DNA of 64,000 bases from Ignavibacteriota bacterium (GCA_963701295.1 OY969585.1:704001-768000), one strand, 5' to 3'. Positions 10,257-21,351 are shown, counted from the first letter of the stretch. Notes: a model not told the origin generated them from the sequence alone. Made by a program: numbers and translations.

Positions 10257-10399
10257 ATGTCACCTCCATAAAACGATGAATGTGCATCAGAAACGTTTAA
10301 GGATACCTTTGCGGTTGAATCGCCGGCAACATATGTGTGTTGCCGAGAAAAAGAGATGTCCCTTGAAAGAATATTGAAGTGTGTTGTATTTCAGATGTA

Positions 10400-11689
10400 T
10401 CATTCATGTGCGATCTCAATCTTCAGAAAATGCGTTGCGCATGAGATACATGGATCATAATTCCGGATCGCCTGCTCGCACTGCCAAGTGAGTTTTTCCT
10501 GCGAGAGATTCATGCGTGATGGAATATACTCGCGCAAATCCTGCTCTATTGTTTTCTGGTTCTGTGATGTCGGTGGAACGATCTTCACATCAAGAATGAT
10601 GCCTCGCTCATCTAATCGATAACGATGATAGAGAATACCGCGTGGTGCTTCAGTGCATCCATAACCAGTACCGAGCTTTGGTTCGATATCCACCACAGCC
10701 TTCTCCGGTATTTTATATTCTTTGATAATACGAAGCGCTTCTTCACATGCATAGAGCATTTCAACCGCCCGTACAATAATACTCTTGAAGGGGTTATTCG
10801 TTCCCTTTGCGATACCTGCTGACTTGGCTGCATCCTGAGCTGTAGGAGTCAGTTTATCAAAATTCAAATTGTAACGCGCGAGTGGTCCCACAAAGTATGC
10901 GCCTCGCTCTTTTAAAATCGAATGAAGTGCATTGGAATGAGAGACATGTTCTTCCATAAAATGGTTTTCATACTCGTGGATACCGATATTCAATCCTTTG
11001 TTGGAAACAAGCCGTCCTTCGTTAAATGGATATTCTCGGTCATGACGAAGAGCAACATATTCATATGAACGTTCAAATTCAGGAAACGGCAATTTTGCTG
11101 TAAACTTCACTGTCTGGATGGAAGCATCAACCGCCCACTTCAATCGCTCAACTAATGTTTCAAGTTCCTGTTTCGTCGGCAGTTTATAGAAACCGCCAAC
11201 ACGAACATTAATTGGGTGAATTTCTCTTCCACCTACAAGAGTAACAATATCATTTCCAACCTTTTTAAGTTTCAGTGCCATCTGGACGACGGGGCCATGA
11301 TCTTTTGCCATTTGGATCGCATCAGCATAGCCAAGGAAATCAGGGGCATGCAACATAAAGACATGCAATGCATGACTTTCGATCCACTCTCCGCAGTATA
11401 GCAACCGACGGAGTGCGCGAAGCTGCCCATCCACCGTAACACCGAGGGCGTACTCCATCGCGTGAACGGAACTCATTTGATACGCTACCGGACAAATGCC
11501 ACAAATGCGCGCGGTAATATCCGGTGCTTCGCTGTACAATCTACCACGCAGGAATGCTTCGAAGAATCGTGGTGGTTCAAAGATGTTGAATTTCACATCG
11601 GTGACTTTCTTGCCGCTGACTTTCACAAGCAATCCACCTTCACCTTCAACACGGGCAAGGTAATCAACTTTCAGTGTTTTACTTTTCAT
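10400..11689 (-). CDS. hyhL: Group 3b [NiFe] hydrogenase (sulfhydrogenase-type) large/alpha subunit
   Basis: Start reassigned to MKSKTL; [28 protein letters not shown]. Confidence 0.92.
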   Translation of the reverse strand: MKSKTLKVDYLARVEGEGGLLVKVSGKKVTDVKFNIFEPPRFFEAFLRGRLYSEAPDITARICGICPVAYQMSSVHAMEYALGVTVDGQLRALRRLLYCGEWIESHALHVFMLHAPDFLGYADAIQMAKDHGPVVQMALKLKKVGNDIVTLVGGREIHPINVRVGGFYKLPTKQELETLVERLKWAVDASIQTVKFTAKLPFPEFERSYEYVALRHDREYPFNEGRLVSNKGLNIGIHEYENHFMEEHVSHSNALHSILKERGAYFVGPLARYNLNFDKLTPTAQDAAKSAGIAKGTNNPFKSIIVRAVEMLYACEEALRIIKEYKIPEKAVVDIEPKLGTGYGCTEAPRGILYHRYRLDERGIILDVKIVPPTSQNQKTIEQDLREYIPSRMNLSQEKLTWQCEQAIRNYDPCISCATHFLKIEIAHE

Positions 11690-12497
11690 GTGCTTCACTC
11701 TCTTTTCGAAAAGCTTCAGCATAAGCATTGAATCCACGGAACAAACGTACCAAATCGTCGTCCTTCACTCCTAGTGTTTTCCAGTATGTACTGAGAGCTG
11801 AAGTGTTCGGTGTTTCTTTCGGACCGAAACAACCGAAGCAACCACGATGGTATGATGGGCATAATGCGTCACAACCCGCTTGCGTCACCGGACCAAGACA
11901 TATCGGACCGTGCGTCACAAGGCCACACGTAATACCGCGTCGTTTACATTCAACACAAACTGCATACGCGGGTGTATTTGGTTTTCGAACGTTGAGATAT
12001 GCATTGATGACTTCAACTAATTGATGCTTGCTGATTGGACAGCCACGTAATTCAAAATCGACAAATACGTGATCTGCTATCGGTGTAGATTTATTCAGCG
12101 TCTCAATGAACTTAGGATTGGCATAGACTGCTGCGATAAATTGCTTCACATCTTTGAAATTACGGAGTGCCTGAATACCGCCGGCGGTTGCACATGCACC
12201 AATAGTAATGAGAACTTTCGATTGGCGCCGCACCTGATGGATACGTTCAGCATCGTGCGGTGTTGTAATGGAACCTTCAACCAACGAGATATCGTATGGA
12301 CCTTTCGTAACCATACGAGATGCTTCCGGAAAGTTTGCAATGTCAACATGCTCAGCAACAGCTAACAGTTCGTCCTCACAGTCGAGCAAACTCAATTGAC
12401 AGCCGTCGCAGGATGAAAATTTCCAGACGGCAAGTTTTGGTTTCCGAGCTTTTTTCTGTGTCGGCGCTTTCACGGCTGTTGTGTTCTTTTTTGACAT
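11679..12497 (-). CDS. hyhS: Group 3b hydrogenase small/delta subunit
   Basis: [36 protein letters not shown]...RGCFGCFGP. Confidence 0.92.
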   Translation of the reverse strand: MSKKNTTAVKAPTQKKARKPKLAVWKFSSCDGCQLSLLDCEDELLAVAEHVDIANFPEASRMVTKGPYDISLVEGSITTPHDAERIHQVRRQSKVLITIGACATAGGIQALRNFKDVKQFIAAVYANPKFIETLNKSTPIADHVFVDFELRGCPISKHQLVEVINAYLNVRKPNTPAYAVCVECKRRGITCGLVTHGPICLGPVTQAGCDALCPSYHRGCFGCFGPKETPNTSALSTYWKTLGVKDDDLVRLFRGFNAYAEAFRKESEAHEK

Positions 12498-12585
12498 CTA
12501 AGTATTCTTTCTTCTGCTGAGAAAGTTATATCTCCAACTTTCGCTTATGTTGTAACTATCAGCACTATTGTTGTCTCTCAGTGGA

Positions 12586-13455
12586 CTAAATTTCCCACTT
12601 TACCAGCATATCTTTAATTTGACTGTATCGGAACACTGGGCCATCTTTACAGACGAAGACCGAACCAAATTGGCAATGTCCACACAAGCCAATGGCACAT
12701 TTCATATTGCGTTCCATCGAAACAAAAATATGATCATTATCAACACCGCGTTTGTGCAGTTCCATTGTTGTAAACCGCATCATTATTTCTGGACCACAAA
12801 CAAATGCCATGGTGTTGCGCGGGTCAAAAGGAGCTCGAGAAATGAGATTCGTAACGACACCCACATTTCCGCGCCAGCCGCTCATAGCACGATCAACCGT
12901 GACATAAATTTCAAGATCGAATCGCGCACGCCAATTTTCAAGTTCCTGTCGGAAGAGAACATCTGAAGGAGTTCGTGTCCCGTATAAGAGCACGACTTTT
13001 CCATACCGCTCACGCTGCGCTACAACTTCATAAAGCGCCGGCCGAAGAGGGGCAAGCCCAATACCGCCAGCCACGAATACAACATCCTGTCCGTTCGCGT
13101 GGTCTATCGGCCATGGTGTTCCGTACGGTCCACGAATGCCGAGAATATCCCCGCGGCGCATTTTATCCATCGCTTTCGTTACGGAGCCGACGGCACGTGT
13201 TGTATGTACGAGTGTACGCGGATTTGCCGGATCACCACTGATAGAAATTGGAATTTCTCCGACACCAAACACATAGATCATATTAAATTGTCCAGGCAAA
13301 AAAGTGAACTCTTCTAAATCGCCCAGCGGCTGTAATTCAACAGTGAAGGTGTCTTCCGTTTCGTGCCTCACACGCCGAATTTGAAATGGCCACGGAAGCA
13401 TCGGATTCCGTTTATAATCAACTTTCAGAGATTGTAAGTCAGGAGCGGTCGCCAT
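12586..13455 (-). CDS. hyhG: Group 3b hydrogenase FAD/NAD(P)-binding gamma subunit
   Basis: [35 protein letters not shown]...CKDGP. Confidence 0.92.
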   Translation of the reverse strand: MATAPDLQSLKVDYKRNPMLPWPFQIRRVRHETEDTFTVELQPLGDLEEFTFLPGQFNMIYVFGVGEIPISISGDPANPRTLVHTTRAVGSVTKAMDKMRRGDILGIRGPYGTPWPIDHANGQDVVFVAGGIGLAPLRPALYEVVAQRERYGKVVLLYGTRTPSDVLFRQELENWRARFDLEIYVTVDRAMSGWRGNVGVVTNLISRAPFDPRNTMAFVCGPEIMMRFTTMELHKRGVDNDHIFVSMERNMKCAIGLCGHCQFGSVFVCKDGPVFRYSQIKDMLVKWEI

Positions 13456-13900
13456 AGATATCCAATAGTTGTAAACGTGTGGACTCCAATCGTTTCACCA
13501 TAATGTCGGCAAAACGCTTCAGCAATTCGTACCCCAGATGGTGATCGTTCTCACACTTATTACGCAAGCATTTCCCATCAAGGGCGATCATACGAGTAAG
13601 CTCCAACGCCTTTGCATCAAAGTGCCAAGTATAAGGCGGTACAAGCCATGACCAGCCAAGGATGTCTCCTTCGTCCAATGTTTCAATAATAACAGGCCCT
13701 TTATTGGGTGTCATCAATTGGAGTGTCACTTTTCCAGAACGAATGAGGTAGAAGTGGTTCGCTTCTTCACCTTCTCGAAGAATCATTTTGCCGGCATCGA
13801 TGCGTACATTCGATGCACATCCGACTATAAGCGCAAAATGTTCTTCATCGAGTCCTTTAAAGAATGGATGTTCTGCAAGGATATTTTTAAGGTCTTCCAT
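13439..13900 (-). CDS. Stand-alone cyclic nucleotide-binding (Crp N-terminal) domain protein without HTH
   Basis: [19 protein letters not shown]...[12 protein letters not shown]; ends after the C-helix; overlaps hyhG start. Confidence 0.85.
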   Translation of the reverse strand: MEDLKNILAEHPFFKGLDEEHFALIVGCASNVRIDAGKMILREGEEANHFYLIRSGKVTLQLMTPNKGPVIIETLDEGDILGWSWLVPPYTWHFDAKALELTRMIALDGKCLRNKCENDHHLGYELLKRFADIMVKRLESTRLQLLDIYGDRS

Positions 13901-13930
13901 AGGTTTTCTCCTTTATTGGCGTTGACCTTC

Positions 13931-15058
13931 TCATGGCTGATTTTCACGAATTGCACGCGCTTCTTCTGTAATATCAATACCAACCGGGCACCACGTTATG
14001 CATCGTCCGCATCCAACACAACCAAACGTACCGAATTGATCCACCCACGAAGCAAGTTTATGTGTCATCCATTGCCGGTAGCGGGCTTTTGCAGATGTTC
14101 GGACACTTCCACCATGAATATACGAGAAGTCGAGTGTAAAACAGGAATCCCACTTACGTATACGATCTGCTTGCTTACCCGCAAGATCGGTTACATCTTC
14201 CACTGTGGCACAGAAACACGTTGGACAGACCATCGTGCAATTGGTGCATGTGAGACAAAGCGATGCAGTTCGTTCCCAGCGTGGATGTTCAGAATTTTGA
14301 TAGAGAATATTTTTCAGATTCGTGGTATCAAGTGAGCGACTCATCTGCTTTACAGTTTTCTCGGTGATGTTCTTGGCTGTCGCAAGGTCTTGCTCTGTAG
14401 CTTTTGTGCATTTAACATTTTTAAGGATATCTTCTCCTAATTCTGTTCCAGCTTCCACGACAAAGTAATGATGTTTTTCGTTCAAAATTTCTGTCAGTGC
14501 GAGATCGAATCCGGTTGCTGCTTTTGGACCGGTATTCATCGATTCGCAAAAACATGTTCCACCTGCTTGACTGCAATTTATCGCGACAATGAATACACCT
14601 GTACGTTTTCGTTGATAGAGAGGATCAATAAAGTGGCCGCCAAGAAACACTTTGTCCTGAATAGCAATCGCGTTTAATTCGCACGAACGGACTCCAAAGA
14701 AGGCATACTTCATCGGCTGAGATTCTTGCAGCACCTGTTTCTTTGAATTCGGAAAATCAAGCCCTTTTGTGCTTCTATGCGTAGCAAATATTTTTTGGAT
14801 AGGCGGGAAAAGAAATTTCTTCCATGATTGTGGACCAACAGTCCAAGCAAATACGGCGGCATCGTCTCTTCGTTTTAAATGGTATGTACTATTAGTTTGT
14901 TCATCTGTCCAACCAATAGGAAGGTCATTGGCATCGGTGAGTTCGTCATAAATAATTGCGCTATCGCGCACAGTAGGCCCGATGACTTTGAAGCCTCGGC
15001 GTTTGAGAGTTTCAATGAGAGTATCAAGTTCGGCGCGTTCAAATATGAAAATTTTCAC
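13931..15058 (-). CDS. hyhB: Group 3b hydrogenase 4Fe-4S beta subunit (AsrA-like)
   Basis: GVRSCE, CFC, CLTCTNCTMVCPTCFC, CVGCGRCITWCP; GTG start. Confidence 0.92.
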   Translation of the reverse strand: MKIFIFERAELDTLIETLKRRGFKVIGPTVRDSAIIYDELTDANDLPIGWTDEQTNSTYHLKRRDDAAVFAWTVGPQSWKKFLFPPIQKIFATHRSTKGLDFPNSKKQVLQESQPMKYAFFGVRSCELNAIAIQDKVFLGGHFIDPLYQRKRTGVFIVAINCSQAGGTCFCESMNTGPKAATGFDLALTEILNEKHHYFVVEAGTELGEDILKNVKCTKATEQDLATAKNITEKTVKQMSRSLDTTNLKNILYQNSEHPRWERTASLCLTCTNCTMVCPTCFCATVEDVTDLAGKQADRIRKWDSCFTLDFSYIHGGSVRTSAKARYRQWMTHKLASWVDQFGTFGCVGCGRCITWCPVGIDITEEARAIRENQP

Positions 15059-15100
15059 AGGATACCTACAAGATTGCTGTGTGATGCTACAATATGAATT

Positions 15101-15130
15101 ATTATATCTACCACAAGTTCAATTCTGCAA
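15101..15130 (-). promoter_or_regulatory. Candidate sigma70-type promoter for the hyh operon
   Basis: Minus strand TTGCAG-N18-TATAAT, about 40 nt upstream of hyhB. Confidence 0.4.
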
Positions 15131-15162
15131 GCACTCAATTGCTATGCTGTCTTCTAATGATG

Positions 15163-15525
15163 CTATTTCAATAAGTCTTCAATCGCTTGTGTAATAAGTT
15201 CACCATCAACCGGTTTATAAAAGACAATATCGGCGAGATCGTCAATAGACTTATTTATCTCCGGTGTAAGGGACATATAAGCCCGCAGTGCAATGATGGG
15301 AACCGTGACTGCTGTTCGGCGTACAATATCGAGTTGTTTAACGATGTCGATTGAAAATGTAAAGAGATCTATCAGAACAAGATCCGGTGAAATTTCTTTG
15401 ATCGCTTGTTCAAACTGTTCCAACCGGTGTTCACGAATAATCTGGAATCTATCCTCAAGGTTCATTAGGAGAAACCGTGCAAGGTCTGCATCTGGACTGA
15501 AAACAAGCACACGCTTCTTGATCAT
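15163..15525 (-). CDS. Atypical single-domain response regulator receiver
   Basis: Receiver fold (PDLVLID, PIIAL, YKP) but SP replaces the acidic pair and R replaces the conserved T/S; start could be 15585. Confidence 0.7.
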   Translation of the reverse strand: MIKKRVLVFSPDADLARFLLMNLEDRFQIIREHRLEQFEQAIKEISPDLVLIDLFTFSIDIVKQLDIVRRTAVTVPIIALRAYMSLTPEINKSIDDLADIVFYKPVDGELITQAIEDLLK

Positions 15526-15621
15526 CGTGGCACACCTCGACAGCTGCTGCCTCTCATTCAAAACAGGTTCGATATGGTTAGACATAAGTACTCTTTTACT
15601 TGGGATTTACACCGACCAGAA

Positions 15622-15810
15622 TTAGATCAGAAATTCTGTGCCTTCAAATTCCGATCCATAGATATCCGCAGGAAACTCATCGTAATTTTTTTCATTGTTG
15701 TTATCGACAAGACGGGGATACTTTTCCTTGCTCTCCGTAAAGTGTTTCATAACAAGCACGCCACTTGCTATCACGGCAATAGTTCCTACAATCCACCAAT
15801 GCAACTTCAT
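15622..15810 (-). CDS. Small single-TM protein with acidic C-terminus
   Basis: 62 aa, N-terminal hydrophobic helix, GGAGA RBS, sigma54-like site upstream. Confidence 0.6.
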   Translation of the reverse strand: MKLHWWIVGTIAVIASGVLVMKHFTESKEKYPRLVDNNNEKNYDEFPADIYGSEFEGTEFLI

Positions 15811-15846
15811 GTGAGTCTCTCCATAAAGATGAATGACCGTTTTTCC

Positions 15847-15861
15847 TCAAGGAATGTGCCA
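15847..15861 (-). promoter_or_regulatory. Candidate sigma54 -24/-12 promoter
   Basis: Minus strand TGGCAC-ATTCC-TTGA versus consensus TGGCAC-N5-TTGC; immediately downstream of an NtrC-family gene. Confidence 0.6.
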
Positions 15862-16048
15862 ATACTAATGTGGCGTACACCTCCAATTTATGAATGAATC
15901 TGCGTGACTTGTACTTTCCAACATGCGTGGTTTGCTGGTTTTGGGAAACTACCTCCAGAAGGTTTCCTACAAATTAGAAGAGATCGTGCCTGATGAACCC
16001 AACTCTTCTGACCTTAAAAGACTCAAGGATGCAATCTAAGAATATCGT

Positions 16049-17410
16049 TTAATGGGTAGGTATCTGTAGCTCTTCAATTTTGCGATAAAGCGAAGAAAGA
16101 CTGACACCCAAAACTTTGGCTGCCACTTCTTTGTTTTGTCCATATGCCGCAAGCGTTTGTTGAATGAATTGTCGTTCGAAGCTTTTTACTGCGTCTTTCA
16201 ATGACCCGTGACCGGAAGAAATGTTAGAAATATCTTCCGCAGGCCTCATGTATTCTGGAAGATGGTCAATCCCGATAAAATCCTCATCGCAAAAGATGAC
16301 GGAGCGTTCGATGACGTTTTCCAACTCCCGTACCTCGCCTTTCCATTGATATTGGAGTAAGGCACGCATCGCTTCGTTTGCAAAACCTTGAATCGGTTTG
16401 CTCATTTGTTTTTTGAATGCTTCAAGAAAATGCTGCGCAAGAATAGGAATATCTTCTGGCCGTTCTTTAAGCGATGGTAAATCAATTTCGACGACATTCA
16501 AACGATAATATAAGTCGTCGCGGAACTTACCGTTTTCCACTTCTTTGCGTAAATCTCGATTCGTTGCGGCAATGATGCGCACATCAATGTTGATCGGATC
16601 TGTCATACCGACGGGTGTAATTTCCTTTTGCTCGAGGGCGCGCAGGAGCTTCACCTGAAGTTGAATTGGAATCTCACTCACTTCATCAAGAAACACGGTC
16701 CCGCCATCGGCAACTTTCAATAAACCTTCTTTGTCCATGGTCGCGCCGGTGAAGGATCCCCTTTTGTGTCCGAAGAGTTCGCTTTCAAATAACGTATCAA
16801 CGATTGCACCGCAGTTGATTGGTACGAAGCGTTTTTCGCGCCGCGGACTATTATAGTGAATAGCCCGCGCAACAAGCTCTTTTCCAGTACCACTCTTGCC
16901 TGTGATCAATACAGTGCCTTCACTGCGAGCAACTCGCTTAATAACCTCGAACACTTTTTTCATCGGCATACTCTGTCCGATAATTTGTTCGAAGTCATAT
17001 GTGCGCTGAAGTTCTTGACGCAGCAATGAATTCTCAATAACCAGCGCATGATAGTCACACAGTTTTTTTACACGATACAATAGATCATCAAAGTTAATCG
17101 GTTTCAGAATATAATCTGCAGCACCTTCACGCAACGCTTGCACTGCCGTTTCAACAGACCCAAATGCCGTGATAATGACAACCAATGCCTGCGGTGTCCG
17201 CTGGCGAATCTGCTTGAGCAAATCAACACCTTTCATCTCAGGCATTTCGATATCTGTGATAATGATATCAAATGCGTTCGATTCGTGTTTCGCTAATGCA
17301 TCCTTACCATTACCTGTTTCTTCAACGCTATACCCTTCCTTCTTCAAAATAAAGGAGAGGGATTCACGGATTATTTGTTCGTCATCAACAACTAAAATAC
17401 GCTGCGCCAT
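16049..17410 (-). CDS. NtrC-family sigma54-dependent response regulator
   Basis: REC domain, GKSGTGKE Walker A, ESELFGH..GSFTGA, FLDE, FR.DLYYRLNV, Fis-type HTH. Confidence 0.96.
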   Translation of the reverse strand: MAQRILVVDDEQIIRESLSFILKKEGYSVEETGNGKDALAKHESNAFDIIITDIEMPEMKGVDLLKQIRQRTPQALVVIITAFGSVETAVQALREGAADYILKPINFDDLLYRVKKLCDYHALVIENSLLRQELQRTYDFEQIIGQSMPMKKVFEVIKRVARSEGTVLITGKSGTGKELVARAIHYNSPRREKRFVPINCGAIVDTLFESELFGHKRGSFTGATMDKEGLLKVADGGTVFLDEVSEIPIQLQVKLLRALEQKEITPVGMTDPINIDVRIIAATNRDLRKEVENGKFRDDLYYRLNVVEIDLPSLKERPEDIPILAQHFLEAFKKQMSKPIQGFANEAMRALLQYQWKGEVRELENVIERSVIFCDEDFIGIDHLPEYMRPAEDISNISSGHGSLKDAVKSFERQFIQQTLAAYGQNKEVAAKVLGVSLSSLYRKIEELQIPTH

Positions 17411-18825
17411 TATGCACCTTTCAATGGAAAAGATACAGTGAATACACTTCCCTGTTCTGGGATGCTTTCAACAAAGACATCACCGCCAAAACTCTTGACA
17501 ATGCCGTAACTTACCCACAACCCCAGCCCTGTGCCTTGACCTGTGGTCTTTGTGGTATAAAACGGTTCAAAGATTTTTTCTAACGCTAAAGGTTCAATTC
17601 CTTTTCCGGTGTCCCGTACTATCACTTCGACTTCGTGGTCATTCTTTCGACTATGCACAGTGATCGTACCATGGCGGCCATCCAATGAATCAACTGCATT
17701 CATCAGGATGTTGATGAAGACTTGAACGATTTGATCCGGCACGGCAGCAATTTCCGGAAGCTGTTCATCAAGCTCGAGTGTAAATGTGATGTCCTTCACT
17801 TTCTTTCCATATTGAACAATGTTCAGTGCTTCTTTGACAATGCGGTTGATATTGGTCGGTTTTACCACATGCGTGGATGGACGAGAGAAATCCACAAGCT
17901 CTCGAATGATGCGGGTGATACGATTCACCTGACTATTGATGAGTTCCAATTTCTCTTTGGCAAATCCATCACTACTTGTTCGTTGAATAACCTGCACAAG
18001 CGACGAGATGGCGGTCAATGGATTGCCAACTTCATGGGCAATACCAGCCGCAAGTGTGCCGATACTTTCCATTCGCTGCGATCGAACAAGCTGCTGCTCA
18101 AGAATGATTTGCTCTGTGATATCCCGATGAGCCCCCAGGTAACCTGCAATTGCGCCATGTGAATCAACGATGGGGGAAATTACTAATTCTGTAAAGAAAG
18201 GGTTGCCATCCTTTCGCCGATTTTCGACTCTTCCTACCCAAACTTTTCCGGAGATGATGTGTCTCCACACTTCAGACCAGAACTCTTTACTATGCTTTCC
18301 GCTGCGAAGAATTTTCGGATTCTTTCCAATTAACTCCGCGCTGGAATAGCCGCTCACTTTTTCAAATCCCGGATTGACATACACCATCATTCCGTCAGCG
18401 TCAGTAATTTGAATTGGGTTGATGGTGTTATGAATGACGTTGGAGAAACGAAGAAGGTCAAGCTCCTTTCGCTTTTCTTCCGTGACATCACGAATGAAAA
18501 GAATCCAATATTTTTCCTGACCCATTCGCAACAGACGCACCAGACCCATCACATCGATGGTCGATCCATCCCGCTTGCAAAATTTTGTTTCAAAATTCAA
18601 CTGGTCAGAAAATGGAAGTACTCTTCTGAAGATAATCCGCTCATCTTCGGGGATGATGTCGAAGATATACTTCGGACGAGAGGGTTGGGCAACGACTCCA
18701 AGTTCGTCTGCTGCAGTTTTATTGGTGTCAAGAATCCTGTTTTCATCATCCAGGATTAGTACCATCTCCGGCAACAGATCAACAACGCGCCCATATTGCG
18801 AAAATAGGAACGACAGCTCGGGCAT
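17410..18825 (-). CDS. Cytoplasmic PAS-PAS sensor histidine kinase
   Basis: Two PAS domains, H-box IAHEVGNPL, DTGKG, FEPFYTTK, GTGLGL; no TM segment. Confidence 0.95.
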   Translation of the reverse strand: MPELSFLFSQYGRVVDLLPEMVLILDDENRILDTNKTAADELGVVAQPSRPKYIFDIIPEDERIIFRRVLPFSDQLNFETKFCKRDGSTIDVMGLVRLLRMGQEKYWILFIRDVTEEKRKELDLLRFSNVIHNTINPIQITDADGMMVYVNPGFEKVSGYSSAELIGKNPKILRSGKHSKEFWSEVWRHIISGKVWVGRVENRRKDGNPFFTELVISPIVDSHGAIAGYLGAHRDITEQIILEQQLVRSQRMESIGTLAAGIAHEVGNPLTAISSLVQVIQRTSSDGFAKEKLELINSQVNRITRIIRELVDFSRPSTHVVKPTNINRIVKEALNIVQYGKKVKDITFTLELDEQLPEIAAVPDQIVQVFINILMNAVDSLDGRHGTITVHSRKNDHEVEVIVRDTGKGIEPLALEKIFEPFYTTKTTGQGTGLGLWVSYGIVKSFGGDVFVESIPEQGSVFTVSFPLKGA

Positions 18826-18880
18826 AATGACACTTTAAGGTACGTCAAGGTTCGGAGATTGGCAAGATGCAGGAACATTA
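18700..18880. repeat. Copy 1 of a ~185-bp diverged direct repeat (kinase promoter plus first ~42 codons)
   Basis: Aligns by eye with 21226-21412. Confidence 0.93.
18837..18865 (-). promoter_or_regulatory. Candidate sigma70 promoter of the kinase operon
   Basis: TTGCCA-N17-TACCTT; both boxes are conserved in the duplicate at 21364-21392. Confidence 0.55.
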
Positions 18881-18938
18881 AAAAAGCTTACATCATATCC
18901 GCAAGCGATGAATTTGCTTCTTGATAGAATTTGACCTT

Positions 18939-20858
18939 TTATTTTGGAATTTTTCCAGACCGAATTAATTTTACTCTCTCACTTGCAAGCGCATCAGAGT
19001 TTGTTTCGAGAAATCGTTGAAAACAATAAGCAGATCTCTCGAACTCTTTATTTTCATAAAAATAAAGCCCTAAATCATAGTACATTTCGGGACATGATTC
19101 TGTGCTCTTCAATAATCCATGAAGACCAAACTGAATTGCCTCTTCGAAATGGTCATCATAATAACAAAACGTGGATAGTCCTAATTCCTTTGAAGGAAAA
19201 TATCTTTTTGTCAATCTGAATATTTGAGGAACATGCGAATAATCTCGCCTTAAAATACTATCAATCTCTGTCGAATCAATGTTTTTATATTGACTCAACT
19301 GTGCTGTATAAGTAAAAGGCGGAATAGAATCTGCATATCCTTTCTTAACATAGATGGCATCTAGCTCATCAAAATACAGTAGCCGCCAAGTAGTATCTTC
19401 CCTAAAATGATGTATCCATATAAATTCATACTCGTGGGGAAATAATACTATTTCTGGCTGATATTCAGCAAGTATTTTATCTTTTTTTATGCTATTCCAA
19501 AGAAATGAATATTTGCTGAAAAATTCTTCACCCATCACCTCAAGTCTGCCATCAATTGATACTTTTTGTGGAAGCATGTAAATAAGGAACCCACCAGATT
19601 GGATATCGTTAAGTATCTTTCCTTTCAAATGATTATCTCGCAAAAATTGTGAAGCTTTATAGGGAAGCAGTGTATTGCTATACTTGTAACCAAACCTAAA
19701 ACCTGACCCGTAATTGATGTAATAAGAATCTGTTACAATGGCTTTAATCAATACAATAGAAAGCATTATGACAATACAACTAAGAATTATTTGAATTCTT
19801 GTTCGGTTAAATCGCGTATTCTTTGGCGTTTTATCGGTTAAATCACTTCGTTGGAGACCTTGAATTGTGGCTGGTAGAATTGCAAAAATATAGAATCCAA
19901 TATTTTTTATTGATGTACATCCGAGATATAAAAAAAACAAAAATACGAGAAGCTCATGTAATTTGATCCGTTTCAGGCGCATAATAAAAATAATGATACT
20001 CACAACAAGGAATATTTGGAAAAAAAACAGAGGCTGAAAAAGAACAAATGCACCATTATTAAAATACATTCCGAGACTTAACGGAGAGAGAAGTTCACTG
20101 ATACTGTATTTAAAAATATTTGAACCCTGTAACAACTGAAATTGGCGGAAAGGATATGCAACTCCCTTAAAAAAATAGGGGTTGATCAAAGAAATTCCCA
20201 TTGAGAGCAATCCATAATATGTCATAGGTGTCCACAGTCTCCGCTCTCTCCAGATAGATCCTAATATATAGCTACCAATTACTATCCATCCGATAATAAA
20301 AATGGAATGTGTGTTCGTCCATAATAACATGATTAATGGGAGGAATACAAGAGAATTTTTCCCTCGTTCAACATATTCATCAAGAACTATAAAAATAAGA
20401 TTCAGATATATCCAGGAAAAAGTATGTGGTCTTATTTCAAAAAGTGCGGCAACTGAACAAATCGTTAAAAATAATAGCCATTGCCAATGAGATATCTCGT
20501 TCAAATTTTGTTTTCGCATGATTCGGAACAACACGAGTATAAAACTCACAACAATAAGCAATGCATTACTTGCCACCAATCCGAATTCACCAAACAAAGT
20601 ACCGATGACGGCGATTGTTATTTGATATAGCCATTGCATGTCGATGTAATCATGAGTTCCGACAGTATAGGTAAACATATCTTTTCCTGGAAACTCAGAA
20701 TTTTGTAAAATCCATATACCTGTCTTTGTGTGGAATCCTACATCCGGGCCATAAATTTGCCTAAAAGCAGAAACAATCACCAGAATGAGCAAGAAAGAGA
20801 GCGTGATTTTGTTCAATACAGAAAGGGTCTTAATTTGTCCGAATATTTTTTTATTCAT
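18939..20858 (-). CDS. Polytopic membrane protein, probable GT-C-fold glycosyltransferase with C-terminal TPR
   Basis: DVGFH..TG.WI......P..D.FTYT......DMQWL first-loop motif, RPH, LW.NTH, NPY, IDGR; many TM segments; AT-rich. Confidence 0.65.
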   Translation of the reverse strand: MNKKIFGQIKTLSVLNKITLSFLLILVIVSAFRQIYGPDVGFHTKTGIWILQNSEFPGKDMFTYTVGTHDYIDMQWLYQITIAVIGTLFGEFGLVASNALLIVVSFILVLFRIMRKQNLNEISHWQWLLFLTICSVAALFEIRPHTFSWIYLNLIFIVLDEYVERGKNSLVFLPLIMLLWTNTHSIFIIGWIVIGSYILGSIWRERRLWTPMTYYGLLSMGISLINPYFFKGVAYPFRQFQLLQGSNIFKYSISELLSPLSLGMYFNNGAFVLFQPLFFFQIFLVVSIIIFIMRLKRIKLHELLVFLFFLYLGCTSIKNIGFYIFAILPATIQGLQRSDLTDKTPKNTRFNRTRIQIILSCIVIMLSIVLIKAIVTDSYYINYGSGFRFGYKYSNTLLPYKASQFLRDNHLKGKILNDIQSGGFLIYMLPQKVSIDGRLEVMGEEFFSKYSFLWNSIKKDKILAEYQPEIVLFPHEYEFIWIHHFREDTTWRLLYFDELDAIYVKKGYADSIPPFTYTAQLSQYKNIDSTEIDSILRRDYSHVPQIFRLTKRYFPSKELGLSTFCYYDDHFEEAIQFGLHGLLKSTESCPEMYYDLGLYFYENKEFERSAYCFQRFLETNSDALASERVKLIRSGKIPK

Positions 20859-21219
20859 AAATCGTATTACCTTTTGTTGTATGTTATGATTAAAGTGAGA
20901 GGTAGCAGAATGTGCGCTATCTTAGAGTATATCCATAAATAGTTCAATTATTTTTTGCTCCCTCTATTCATCCAGCCATTGATAGAAACACTCATTTCTG
21001 TATGAGAAAGGTACCGGCTCGCTGTTCCTTATTACCACAGGTCGTTCAGTAAACTTTCCGATACAGAATACTGATGTCGTCATTATTCGAAAAGTTGCAT
21101 ATCAAGATCATACAACTTGCTGGCACTCCGGATTTCCGAAATGACGTTATCCATCATTCTCACAGAATTAAGAAATAGAGGATTGATCTCCATCTGTTTC
21201 CTTTTCCATTCTTTGTCGT

Positions 21220-21351
21220 TTACACAAGTTCATCTGCTGCTGTTTTATTGATGTCAAGAATCCTGTTCTCATCATCCAGGATAAGTATCATCTCAGGCAA
21301 AAAATCAACAACGTGCCCATATTGCGAAAATAGGAACAACAACTCGGGCAT
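21220..21351 (-). pseudogene. Truncated duplicate of the sensor-kinase 5' end (43 aa); repeat copy 2 extends to ~21412
   Basis: Translates MPELLFLFSQYGHVVDFLPEMILILDDENRILDINKTAADELV*, 37/43 identical to the N-terminus of 17410..18825. Confidence 0.9.

Noticed and set aside
10324-10345. 8-bp hairpin CGGCAACA/TGTTGCCG between hyhL and the YbaK gene
   Set aside because: No U-tract on the transcribed strand, so it is not called a terminator; function cannot be supported
16049-18825. NtrC/kinase pair as PilR/PilS for the pilin-like gene
   Set aside because: PilS is a membrane kinase, whereas this one is soluble with PAS domains and has a nearer sigma54-like target at 15847-15861
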